Below, in pieces: positions 38,625 through 52,422 of a DNA stretch of 64,000 nucleotides. The DNA lies in contig OX597837.1 in the NCBI GenBank assembly GCA_951406725.2, positions 6,324,001-6,388,000 on the forward strand, given 5' to 3'. Both the position numbers and the translations under genes were made by a program. A model generated the notes under the pieces. The model saw only the letters and a list, made by a program, of their open reading frames with translations, was not told the DNA's origin and did no database searches. The DNA comes from Octopus vulgaris (lineage: Eukaryota). Positions within the stretch are counted from its first letter, which is position 1. Every line of letters starts with the position of its first letter.

Positions 38625-39549
38625 TTGTGTTTGTGTGTACATATGCGTGTGTGTAACATAAGCTGCCTTTTTTTTTTTAATTAATTTTTATAAAAAACTA
38701 TCTCAAATGATTACACCAAAACTTTGTCTCCCATAGTGTTTAAGAACGTGGAATATTTGAGAAAATTTCACAAATATAAAGGAGCTTCATCACAGAGAAA
38801 ACATACTGCTTCATTCCTCTCATAGATTTATAACTTACGACTTGTTAGGGAAGATGCACGCTATATCTCACGTATGCTAGTCATTGTAGTTTGTATATCT
38901 GTGCATGTTCAAAGAAATATTCAGACATCGGAGCACAACACAGTTTATGGATGACCTAAAGCGTAAGATTATCTGTCATTTTCTTTAGTGTAAATCGACG
39001 TATCGCTAGAAAATAACCCATTTGAAAAGTTCAGTGCAATTGTGACTTATTGGTAAATGATAGATCGAAACCAGCCAAGACTTTTACTGCGGTACCAAAT
39101 ATTTGTGTATGTGTGTGTGTGTGCATGTAGGTTTTATGTGTGCATTTGCGTGTATGAATATACCTACATAAATGCATATGTAAGTCTGCGTATATAAATA
39201 TGTTTTTTAATAGGTTTGTGTACTAAAGTACATCATACACCCAATAATCAAACGTTTCACTACTTTTTGTTGACCCAGGAAAATACTTATTATTTATGAA
39301 TAGTGACTGCTGACTTTAAAGTTTCTTCGAAAACTTACCTCTCTTATATCGAAGAAACACTGTATATGAGTTTTCACGTTGTACATACACGTGAGAAAAT
39401 TTATTCTCAGATACGAGACACTCCCTATTTCCTAAACTTTCTCTAATATTCCCTTGGCGTTTTATAAGATTTTATGTGTTATATATTTATAATTTTCCCT
39501 CCTAATACGATTTCCGAAACCTCATTGATATTTATTTTCTTTATCTCTT

Positions 39550-39574
39550 TATCTATCTATCTATCTATCTATCG

Positions 39575-39650
<76 letters not shown>

Positions 39651-39703
39651 GTCTGTCTGTCTATCTGTCTGTCTGTCTATCTGTCTATCTAGTTATATAT
39701 CTT

Positions 39704-39780
<77 letters not shown>

Positions 39781-39806
39781 TTATTTATCTATCTATCTAT
39801 CTATCA

Positions 39807-39898
<92 letters not shown>

Positions 39899-39955
39899 GT
39901 CTGTCTATCTGTCTATCTAGTTATATATCTTTCTATCTATCTATCTGTCTGTCGG
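39550..39955. repeat. (TATC)n/(TGTC)n array
   Basis: Read directly from the sequence. Confidence 0.95.
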
Positions 39956-40037
39956 TCTATAGCCTCTTGTGGGCAATAAAGAAATATATCTGTCTGTCTG
40001 TCTCTCTTTCTCACTCTCTCTCTCTCTCTCTCTCTCT

Positions 40038-40080
<43 letters not shown>

Positions 40081-40159
40081 TATAATATATGTATTCAAAT
40101 ACATGTATATGTTTATATCTATCTATTAATCTTTATCTCTCTGTCTCTCTGTCTCAGTC

Positions 40160-40197
<38 letters not shown>

Positions 40198-40888
40198 AAA
40201 CATAGATTGATAAATTTACCTTCATATATGAAACAAATTGACGACGTATAGGTGCATAAATAAACGTATAATAAGAGACAGAGACACATATACAAACGCA
40301 CAGACAGACTGAGGGACAGACAGGTAGACAGATGCGTTCACACCTTTTTTTTCTGCTGGTGAAACGATTTCCATTTGTCAATAAAACAACACCGCAAAAA
40401 CCCAATAATTGACAAGAAACAACCTAAAACAATCTATTCTTTTAAACCATTCCTTGCATTATTCAAACTTCGCTGAGTACATTTCACTCTATTTACTTAC
40501 GTCTCACAAACACTCTTTTTTTGTTTTTTCTTGTGAGAGTCAATGTTTCTCTTACTGTCTTTCACCCTCTATGGCATTAATCCCCTTTGCATTTCACTCT
40601 TTCAGACTCTCCTTGACAGTTACTCACTCACCTACATTCTTTACTACTGTTTCCCTTATGTTATGATGTTGTTTTCCTCAATCAATCTATATTTCTCTCT
40701 TTATTTATCACTCAATGCCTTACTCACATTTCTGTCTTACATCCGACCAAAGGAAGAACTGACACACGTAAACACACTCCTACATACATGACTAACACAG
40801 ACAAAACACTGATACACACACACAGACTCATAAATGCATACATATAATGTTGTATATATATATAAATACATGTATACGTACATACATA

Positions 40889-40934
<46 letters not shown>

Positions 40935-41556
40935 GTATACACTTACAAAGATAGACGCATACACACACACACAAATATATATATATATATATATATATAA
41001 AGAAATATAAAATATGGCAAATTTTGTTTTCATTTGTTAGTTTATTTTGTTTTTCTTTTTATTTTATTGGAGTTTATATTTTTGGTTTTTCTTCTTCCTC
41101 ACCATACTTCCAGAATTATCTGACTGTCAATCTTTCTTGGTTTGGCCGATTCTCTTTCTTAAGAATTCCTCACATCCTTGCTTTCTTTCTCATCGGCCTC
41201 CTCAGCATCCTTCATCGTCACCAACACCATCAACACCACCACCACCACCACCACAACCACCACAACCACCACAACCACCATCATCATCATCATCATCATC
41301 GTCATCATCATCATCATCATCATTACCATTATCATCATCATCTTTGTTTTCATCATCCTCACCGTCACCATCTTCATCATCATTCCTCCTCCACCACGTC
41401 ATCACCCTCTTCACCGTTGTTCTCTATTAGATGCTAAGATCATCATCGTTCACATCGACTTCATCGTCAACATCTCCTATAACATCACCTTTATCATTTA
41501 CTATCGACAGTATCATTGCAATGATAATAACAATATTAATAATGATGACAATAATC

Positions 41557-41630
<74 letters not shown>

Positions 41631-41689
41631 CTTTTCTAGTAGAGGCACGAATCCTCAAATTTGGGTGTAGGAGAATAGTAGATTACAAC

Positions 41690-41825
41690 AACCCCAGTAC
41701 GAAAGTGCTACTTAATTTATAGATCCGAAGGGAGGAAAGGCAAAGTCGACCTCGGTGGAATTAGAACTCAGATCGTTGCGACGGGCGAAATACCGCTAAG
41801 CATTTCACCCGACGTGCTAATGCTA
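41690..41825 (-). mobile_element. SINE family B fragment
   Basis: gaaaggcaaagtcgacctcggtggaattagaactcaga...gaaataccgctaagcatttc. Confidence 0.75.
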
Positions 41826-41890
41826 TTAATAATAATCATAACAGCAATAACAAAAACAACAACAACAACAACAGCAACAACAACAATAAC

Positions 41891-41928
<38 letters not shown>

Positions 41929-42067
41929 TAATAATAAATAATAATAATAATGATAATAATGATAATAATAATAATAGCAGCAATCCCTCTTCTTTCTCTT
42001 ATTCTGTAGCGTTATCGTCTTCTTTCTACTACTACCACCACCATCACCACCACCACCACTACCACTT

Positions 42068-42100
<33 letters not shown>

Positions 42101-42900
42101 CGTCTTCTTCCTTTGTACTACTGCTGCTACAACAACAACTACTACTACTACTAATATTAATACTACTAACTATTCTGTTCCTCCATATTACTATTATTAT
42201 TATTAATATTATCATTATTATTATTATCATTATTATTATTATTATTATTGTTGTTGTTGTTGTTGTTGCTGCTGCTGTTGTTGTTGTTGCTGTTATTGTG
42301 GTTGGTGTTATTCGTTATCCTATTTGTTGTTGTTGTTGTTGTTTAATGTTCCTACTTTCCTATATTTTCTCCATCACTGTCAAATATTTATTGTCATGTG
42401 ACAGATAACTATTTAGGAAACACAGCTTACTAAGTGCATCGGAAAAGTCTACGGCGGTTCTCTTCTGAATCAATATATCTCTGCAACTCCATTGATTTTT
42501 AGCCGATATTATTTTGAAAGGAATGGCACTATTCCTTCCTATCGATTATGTGAGAACTGACATATGAAGTGAAACTGTGGAATCTGCAGAAACAAATGAT
42601 GTTGTGTGGCGGATAATAAATAATACAAATAATGTTCTAAATTTTCTCTTCGGTGAATGGTTTTGTCCGAAACGTTTAACGCTATGCAGGGTGATATACA
42701 GAATCTTGGTCGTGTCAAGAAAATGATTTCACTTTTTGATATACATATATATATATATGTGTGTGTGAGTGTGTGTGTGTGCGTGCGCGCACATGTAGGT
42801 GTGCGTGTGTATGAAATTATATATATCAATATCGTATATAATAAATAGATAGACGTATAGTTGTATACACACACATACATACATACATGCATATATATAT

Positions 42901-42943
<43 letters not shown>

Positions 42944-43031
42944 AATGTGTGTGTGTTTGTGTGTTTGTGTGTGCGCGCACAAGATAAAAAAACCAAGGCT
43001 GTGTAGATATTAGAGCATTTATAGAGAGAAT

Positions 43032-43083
43032 GTCTTACAGCTGTTTCTAGGATATTTATTAATAATATCCCTTCATCGGAGAC
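43032..43083 (-). ncRNA. Minimal hammerhead-like motif (CCGAUGA core variant, Penelope type)
   Basis: Reverse strand: GUCU-CCGAUGA-A-GGGAUAUU(auuaaua)AAUAUCCU-A-GAAA-CAGCUG-UA-AGAC; palindromic stem III. Confidence 0.65.
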
Positions 43084-43554
43084 GGTGTGAGAGGAAAAGT
43101 TAAGTCATAGTTATATATATATATATATATATATATAATGCTCCGTCGTTGAGCAATGAATTAATTACATAAGCAAAGAAAATTCCACAGGTTGCACTAT
43201 ACACATAAGCACTAAACTGACACAGTTCATTCACAAGTTACAATTAGTCATTACAAGCAGACACTAATAAAATAGCCTAATTGTAATCACCCCGCAGCAG
43301 TTCTGTTTCACGTTTTATTATTCGCCAGTTGAATATTAATTATTTAACCAGGCTGATCGACTGCTTGATTAATCATTTAATATGTGATTAATCAATCACT
43401 CTGTTGTGTTTGTCAAAGCCCTTTCGTTGCCATTCTTGACCTAATGAATGCCAGACATTTTATACTTTAAATCACTTTCAAATTGTCATCTGTAAACAGC
43501 ATGAATATTGAATTTAAAATTTGGCCCAATTTCAGTAATTTTGTTGGTGGGTGT

Positions 43555-44297
43555 AGTCTTTAACTGGTACTTTCTTTAGGGACTTCAGTGGAATTTGAAT
43601 CCCAGAATGCAAAGAGGAACGAAATACCTCAAAGCCTTTCGCCCGACCCTGCTAACGATTCTAATGGCTCGCCGCCCTAAAAATTTTAAACTAGGACAGA
43701 GAATTCGTGGAGGTGTTGATTCGATTACATCGACATCAGTTCTCAACTGGTACTTTTATCGACACCAATAGAATGAAAAGTTGAGTCGACCTCGGCGGAA
43801 TTTGAACTCAGAACCTAAAGACGGACGAAATGCCGCAAAGCATTTCGTGTGGCGTGCTAAGGATTGTACCAGCACGCCGCTCAATAATTTTGACACAAGG
43901 TCAGCCATTTCGACGGAAGAGTTAAGTCTTCAACATCAACCCCAGTGCTCAACTGGTACGCATTTTATGGGCCCCTAAATGGTAGAGTCAACCTCGGTGG
44001 AATATGAACTCAGAACATACAGATGAACGAAATGCTGCTAAGAATTTCCGGCAGAGTGTTAACGATTCTACCACCGCGCCGCCCAAAAATTCTGACGCAA
44101 GAACAGCAATTTCGGGTGAAAGGGGAAGTCTACAACATTGAACCAGTGCTCAAATAGTATGTATTTTCTCGAACCCCCAAAGAACTGAAAGTAAAGTCGA
44201 CCTCGGCAGAATTCGAACTCAGAATGTAAAGCTAGACAAAAATGTGCCGCTAAGATTTTGTGATGGCGTTTAATGATTCTGCTAACCCGCTGCCTTA
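43555..44297 (-). mobile_element. Four head-to-tail diverged SINE family B copies
   Basis: ggaatttgaactcagaa-like B boxes at about 43590, 43797, 43999 and 44208 (period about 205 bp). Confidence 0.8.
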
Positions 44298-44494
44298 TAA
44301 CTACATAAATATGACACTTAAACCTGAGTGAGAAGTAAACGTGAAACTGATCAGGAGTAGAGAAATCATGTCAGTAAATAAACCGTAAATGGCGGCGAAA
44401 TGATTTGATAAACACAAATGAAGGATTAATTAAATCATCAATTAGTTGGTTTCTTAATTACCTTTTGGGTTTGATTTATAACTGTTTTATTCTT

Positions 44495-44870
44495 TCGTCT
44501 GTGGCCATGCTAGAACAACACGTTGAAGAAAGATTCGTGGAATAAATCGACACGGTACGTATTTTTATGTAAGTCCGGTGCTTATTCTGCTAGTCTGTTT
44601 GCCGAACCGGTAGGTTACAGGGATGTAAACACACCAACACTCATTGTCAAACGGTAGTTGGGGAACATAAAAATAGCGAAACACACACACACACACACAT
44701 ATATATTTATGGATGTTTTTCAGTTTCTCTCTACCAAATATACTCACAAAGCTTTGGTCGACCCGAGGCTGTAGTAGAAGAAACGTGCCCAAGGTACCAC
44801 GCAGTGGGTCAGAGCTCGGAACCATGTGGTTGGCAAAAAAGCTTCTTTCTATAGAGTCAGACCTACGCCT
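44495..44870 (-). mobile_element. Diverged full-length SINE family A
   Basis: ggccatgctag...ttgccgaaccg...aaagctttggtcgacccgaggct...gcccaaggtaccacgcagtggg...ggaaccatgtggttgg. Confidence 0.8.
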
Positions 44871-45503
44871 CTTCGCTGAAGCGGAGTAAGTCCACTAGAC
44901 ATTATACCCAAAAGTACACGCTACAATTACAAATTAGACATACTTTAAAGAAAAGACTTATAGCTTAGCTTTACGCATTAGCGATACACACTTGGCTGAT
45001 ATACGAACCGTGCACTTTAGAAAGATTACAATTGATTTAACTTTATACACACTGGAATTGCACGCGATTCTTGCAAACAAATACTTTTACACCAAGCTTA
45101 CACACTGGTATTAAAGAGAAACTTCACACTCGTTTTACCCATTACGCTTCCACACGAGAAATACACACTGGGATGAAACGTCATACCAACACGTCTGCAA
45201 CAACAGACAACAGCAAAATCGACATGACACGTCACCTGACAAATAATCATTGACAGAAATTTTGACAAAGTGACAAACTAAGGAAAAGTGCAAAATTGAT
45301 CACATACACACAAACACACACAAACACTCACACACTCACACAAACGTACTCGTAAACACACACGTTCGCGTGCGTACCTCACGGACGCTCAGAAATGAGA
45401 CAGGCGTGATAAATTCCCAGAAGCTATATATATTGAGGTATGTGCGAGTGGCTTCTGAGATTCTATGGCTATGTGTGATTTAATGAGTGTTTATTCATAC
45501 ATA

Positions 45504-45549
<46 letters not shown>

Positions 45550-45559
45550 TGTATCTATG

Positions 45560-45609
<50 letters not shown>

Positions 45610-46113
45610 TGTATGTATGTATGCATATATGTATGTATATGAGTGTGTATATATATATGTATGTATATCTTCATTAACTTTTGTTTCAAGATTTTTTGCC
45701 TACAGAGAAAGATTCGGTTTCTAACCTAGATCCAAAGCTCCTTCACTGGAATTTCAACATCATCAGGTTATTTGTCTATGTATATATATATGTGCAGATT
45801 TGTATGTATGTATGTATGTATGTATGTATGTATGTATGTATGTATGTATGTATGTATGTATGTATGCATGTATGTATGCATGTATGTATATGTGTGTATG
45901 TATGTATGTATGTATATGTGTGTATGTATGTAAAAATGTATGTATGTATTGGAGCAGCCAAGATTTCCCAAACTGCTACACTGTCTCACCTCACCGATCC
46001 TCGAATACCAGGGAGTATTTAAATAATATTATTCAGAGTATTGCATAACCTACTATCGGATGATCTCCTACATAAGACTGTGAAGTATTTAGAACTTTAA
46101 TAAATCATTTTTG

Positions 46114-46335
46114 AAGTCGACCTCGGCGGAATTTGAACTCAGAAACACTGCTTAGTAGGCCGGGTGAAATGCTAAGCGGTGTTCTGAGTTCAAATTCCGC
46201 CGAGGTCGACTTTGCCTTTCATCCTTTCGGGGTCGATTAAATAAGTAACAGTGGGGCACTGGGGTCGATGTAATCGACTTAATCCCTTTGTCTATCCTTG
46301 TTTGTCCCATCTATGTTCAGCCTCCTGTGGACAAT
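46114..46335 (+). mobile_element. SINE family B with 5' fold-back inversion
   Basis: 46114-46154 is the reverse complement of about 46171-46212; the normal Nin domain and tail follow. Confidence 0.8.
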
Positions 46336-46434
46336 TATTATGTTGCATCGAATTTTCTCCAACTATGTGTTCATATATGCGTGTGTATATATTTGAATAT
46401 GCACATAAGCATACACACGCACACACACACACAT

Positions 46435-46537
<103 letters not shown>

Positions 46538-46852
46538 TTAATAATATGAAAACTTGTGCAACCAGAAAATTTATTAGGATTATTAGACGTGTTTCCGCTG
46601 CAGCGACTTCCCACAGTGGCAAGTGCATCTTTGCATTATTGTTGCTGCAGCTTCATGAGAGTCCATCAATTCGCTCATCCCCGAAGTGGATTTAGGTTTC
46701 TTTAGGTCAATGTAAGTTAAGGGTTCTGCGCAAGAGACTGCTATGTCCAGTACAATTCTTTGAAAGTGCAAACATTGATGTCGATTCATTCGCCTACAAA
46801 AAAGGCGGAGTGCAAGTGTGGGCGTAGTACAATGACAAAAACAAAGGAAAGA

Positions 46853-47058
46853 TCTATTATATAAAATCCGTTCTATCTATCTTTCTGTGTGTCTTATAGG
46901 AACTCGGGCATCCTCCATCCGATTGCGCTAAAATTTGATATGCAGATATCGACGGTATCAGGGTGTGTATAAATCTTGAAAAAATTACAACAATCGATTC
47001 CAGGTGAGAATGCTTGACAACTCAGCACCGTGAATTGGACGGGGGTCGTTTTGCTCGT
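46853..47058 (+). mobile_element. Non-autonomous Helitron-like element
   Basis: Starts a|tctattatataaaa (5' TC) and ends in a GC-rich segment followed by gctcgt (degenerate CTAG-t). A second copy lies at 30288-30586. Confidence 0.5.
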
Positions 47059-47156
47059 AAAATATATATTTACAGGTACTTATACAAATATAGCAAATAT
47101 ATATTTCTATGCGTATACAGAAGCAAAAACAATTCGTTATAAGTACATTTCCATAT

Positions 47157-47209
<53 letters not shown>

Positions 47210-47527
47210 TCACATACACACATGCACACACACACAATCACACAAATTTGTATTCATATACATTGCAGTAACACCAGAAAAGTAGGTGATTATGCCAAAT
47301 TTTAGATAATAAGGTTTATGAAATGTTTATTGTACATGATCACGGCACTTTGTCAAGTCTAATAATTTCTATGCGAACAGACATTGGAAACGATGCATAA
47401 TATTTTATTGGACATCTTTAGAAAAGATATTTTTATTAGGTGTAAATTTTTACAGTTGTACAGTTGGTTGTGTTCACTTAAGAGAATCAAACCACAGTAT
47501 CATACCAGCAACATTCTAAAGACATAA

Positions 47528-47587
<60 letters not shown>

Positions 47588-47977
47588 ACACACACACACT
47601 CACACACACATACACACATGCATAGATATATTTATTTATATTTATATTTATTTATATACATATATATTTACATTTATATATATATAGTCATATATATATA
47701 TAAATACACCTATATATATGTATATATATATATGAATGTATATGAATATATAAAAATGTAGATGCAAATATATGTATATAAATATGTGTATATGTATATT
47801 TATTTATTTATTTATATTTATATTTATATGTATATTTATATGTATATATATACATATATACACGTATATATATATATATATGCACGTACATATATACATA
47901 TACATATATATATATATATATAAGAATGTATATGAATATATGAATATGCATAAGCAAATATATGTATATAAATATGT

Positions 47978-48015
<38 letters not shown>

Positions 48016-48739
48016 GTGTGTGTATATATTTCTATATATATATTCGTATGCATATACGTATATCTATAAATCTGTATATATATGTATTTATGTAGAGTAA
48101 TTTCTTCCTTTTCATTCTGAAGGAAGCGTACGTGATGCGAAAATTGATGTCCCAAAACATAGTTATACAATAGCGTTCCAACAATTTACATTTCAAAATA
48201 CTTTTAACCTGAGGTTAAAATAAAATTAAATGAATGTGAAATTAATTTAATGCTTTGTTCTTCGCATAGTTTTTTTCTCTTATTTTGTATAATTTATATA
48301 CCAATACGTAGATGTGCATATGTGTATTTATGTGTGTGGGTTTTTACATGCATCTGTCTGCTTGTGTATGACAATATGTCTGTATTTATTTTAGGGGCTA
48401 TATACATATGCATGTGTGTATGTTTGTGTGCATGTGTGTGTTTGTGTGGTGTATGTGTGTTTGCGTAGCAACGTGTTTCTGTATATGTGTTCTTCCCACG
48501 TATACAGGGGTGTTCTTGAGAATATCTCCGAAAGTGTATGTCAGTAGTATCATGTTTGGGGTTCTTATAGATTAATATATGTGCGTGCCTTTACATTGAT
48601 ATGTTCATGCAAGTATATGAATATATTCATATACAGACACAGATACACACATACATATACACACACTCATAAATCTGTATGTATATATATATATATAATT
48701 TCAAAATATGTACTAAAATATATATATATATATACATTC

Positions 48740-48837
<98 letters not shown>

Positions 48838-50246
48838 ATATATTACCCTTTCTACATACACTTATGTGTCTACGTGATCTTTCACTCATGATGCAAATGG
48901 CATTATATATAGACATCTATATATATGTGCGTGTGTGTGTGTGTGTTTGTACGTGTGTGCGTATGATACTATATATATATATTTGTTTGCCATTGTATGT
49001 TTGTGTATGTATATGAATATTACGTTAATGATATTCGCGGTTTTCTTCATATAATTTAATTTGTGGTATATTTTCAAATGACAAGACACAAATCAATTGT
49101 CTAAATTCTTTTGAAAACTGATTATTTAAACAAAAAAATATATATTTTGTCTTTTATCGCACTTAAGTAGCTTTACTTCATTGTTGCCTTCGTCGAATAT
49201 CAAGACTATTTTTATACCTGTAGGCTATGTGTTCCACACATGTAAAGTCCTAGCTTAAATCCTCGATATATACGGTTTCTGGCAAGCCTGCAGATTGTTT
49301 CAAGCAATGCTGCGATGTTATCGTCTGATTAATATATCCAGGATCTAACTACTTGCCATCACAAAATATTGAAACTTAATTATGCAACAACTATGCTTAC
49401 TCAAGATGAGAATTGAGCTTCTATCACACTATAAACACCAGAATAAATATATTCTTTCCAAATGTTCTGAAATATAAATGGTGGAAAATATGTGTTGATT
49501 TAAGACTAGTGGAGTTGCGCTTGCGGCTACGACACTGGGTAAGTCAATAGAATGACAATTTAGATTGATTTATATTTCTTGAAGTATGGTGACCAACAAA
49601 ATGACCAATGAAAATGAGCAACAATTCAAATATATCGGATATAAAGCATGCCCACATTCACTAACAACATTCGTTCACATAAACCACAGAGAACCTTTTC
49701 TCATGTCAATTATGGCATTGGCCTACAGAGTTAATGCAGAAGTCGAGATAATAACGAAGTAATAACCAGTATGCAAATAGAAACAAAACATTGTGTGGAT
49801 CCGTTAATAAAAATCGACAACTCGAAAGTAATAGTAAAAAAAAAACAGAAAAAAAATCAGAAAGAAAATGCCGTTGCGAACGAATTTAATAATCGTAACA
49901 AGGAAATCTACGGAGACCGGATATAAAAACGAATTAGTCCAATAGAGAGGAAAAAACCCAATGAATTGATCAATGGAAAGCAACAACACGCAAACAGTCG
50001 AATTACACTACTATAACAAAATAACATTCAGAAACTACTCAATGAAAGCAATAACCTTACAAATGAGAAGACCTCTGGTTTATATCGTCGCTATTGGAAG
50101 AGTCGTATCAATCTAAAATGGCGCCAGTCGACTCGCCTTGTATGTACGTGCATATATACATACATATATGTATACATATATATATATATATATATATACA
50201 TATATATCATATATCTATACATGCAGGCATATATATATACACACAG

Positions 50247-50279
<33 letters not shown>

Positions 50280-50734
50280 CATATATACCTACATACAGAC
50301 ATACATATGTGTGTGTGTGCGCTTGTGGAACAACTGTGTTCGAGTTTTGTAGTTTTATTTTATATTCTTCATATTTTCTTAGCATTTTATAGCTGGCTTC
50401 CAACGGTAGAATTCCAAAGTCCTATTTTTCGACGTTTCTAGACTTTCACAGTCTCATTATCAAGAATTGAGCTGAATACATTTTGTGTCTCTGCTCTTCT
50501 TTATATAATGATTGAGTTTTGCGTAGACGTCACCTCCAAAGTTTCATTGACCGTTATAATGAGGTTTCAGTAGTCACGTGTTCCTTTATTTGCCGCGGCC
50601 AAATGTTTTTTGTTCCGTTATTGATTTAGTTATTTTGTTAATCGTTTTTATTGCGCGTTTGCGTATTTATTTTTGCTTTGTATTGCGATATACGTGCATG
50701 ATTTCCATCGTTATGTAAAATTGAATTTTTTTCC

Positions 50735-51170
<436 letters not shown>

Positions 51171-51398
51171 TATATGAATTGAAATGTGTGCCTTGCCTTA
51201 ACGTTTGTTGTCCTCTTTAACAATTATATATCCGCTATATAAGAAATCTACAATGGCTTCATAACTACCGTCTCGGCTATAACCATGTAGACCTAGTAAT
51301 CCGTTACCCCACTTACCTAGCGTACCTAGTCGTTTAGATCATCTGTGAACTAACCCCCCATATTTTGTATTACTATATATATATATATACATATTTAC

Positions 51399-51603
51399 AA
51401 AAATTAAGAGGACTGACCACCAAAACGGATTCCTAATATACTAGATATAAACGTCAAATCGCCTAACCACGAAGAGTGTTCTCGAGAAAAAATTTGAAAA
51501 TTTGAAATTTTTTCTTGTGAACACACTCTTCGTGGTTAGGCGATTTGACGTCTATATCTAGCATATTAGGAGTCAACTTTAGTGGTCATTCCTCTTAATT
51601 TTT
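51399..51603. repeat. About 100-bp-arm imperfect inverted repeat (fold-back)
   Basis: aaaattaagaggactgaccac...cgtcaaatcgcctaaccacgaagagtgt pairs with acactcttcgtggttaggcgatttgacg...gtggtcattcctcttaatttt. Confidence 0.9.
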
Positions 51604-51694
51604 TATGCAATATAATTTTTAATCTTAGGATATTTTAAATATGCTAAGCCACTGGTGATATCTAATTAATATAAGTTTCTACCCTTATTATTTA

Positions 51695-51766
<72 letters not shown>

Positions 51767-51774
51767 CTATACCT

Positions 51775-52000
51775 ATGTGTGTGTGTTTCTTTTTGTCTGA
51801 GTATGTTCCACCACCACTTGTCTTCCGATGTCGGTGTTTTTGCAAAGCCGTAACTTAGCGGTTCTCTAAAAAGGACCGATGGAATAAGTAGCAGACTTAC
51901 AAAATAAATACTGGAGTCGAGTCATTCCACTAAAAATTCAAGGCAGTGCCCCAGCATGGCCGCATGCTAATGACTGAAATGAGTAAAAAGATAAAATAAA
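51775..52000 (+). mobile_element. 3' half of SINE family A (diverged)
   Basis: ccgtaacttagcggttc...gaccgatggaataagta...ccccagcatggccgca...tgactgaaatgagtaaaa. Confidence 0.7.
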
Positions 52001-52422
52001 AGTATTTGAAATTATCAAATATAACATCATTTTTCGAATTAAATTTAAAGGGTCATATAATTATCTCTATATTTTTAGACATTTCTCTTTGCCAAATTCC
52101 ATGCCTATATCTTTGCTGAAGGGTCTTTCAGTCTGTATTAAGGAATCTATAGCTTCTTCATTCTTACTAAAATGTAGACGAAATGGTTACTTTTCCCTTA
52201 TTATTTCTGAACTTATACCCTGCATATTTCCTTCGTTGATATTAAACTGATGGGGATCAAACTTAAGATAAATATGAAAGTGGACAACGAGTCCCCAATG
52301 TTAAAATATTTATTAATAAACTTCTATTTCTTCTTTACCATCATCATCATCATAATCATTATCGTCTCCATCTTTTACTTCCTTTCCTTCTTCTTCTCAT
52401 TATTATTATTATTATTATTATT

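Noticed and set aside
45690-45770. Hammerhead-like text on the minus strand (…cagtgaaggagct…ggttagaaaccgaatc), and gaaaccggtc at about 11825
   Set aside because: The core and stem I could not be completed; at most these are decayed fragments.
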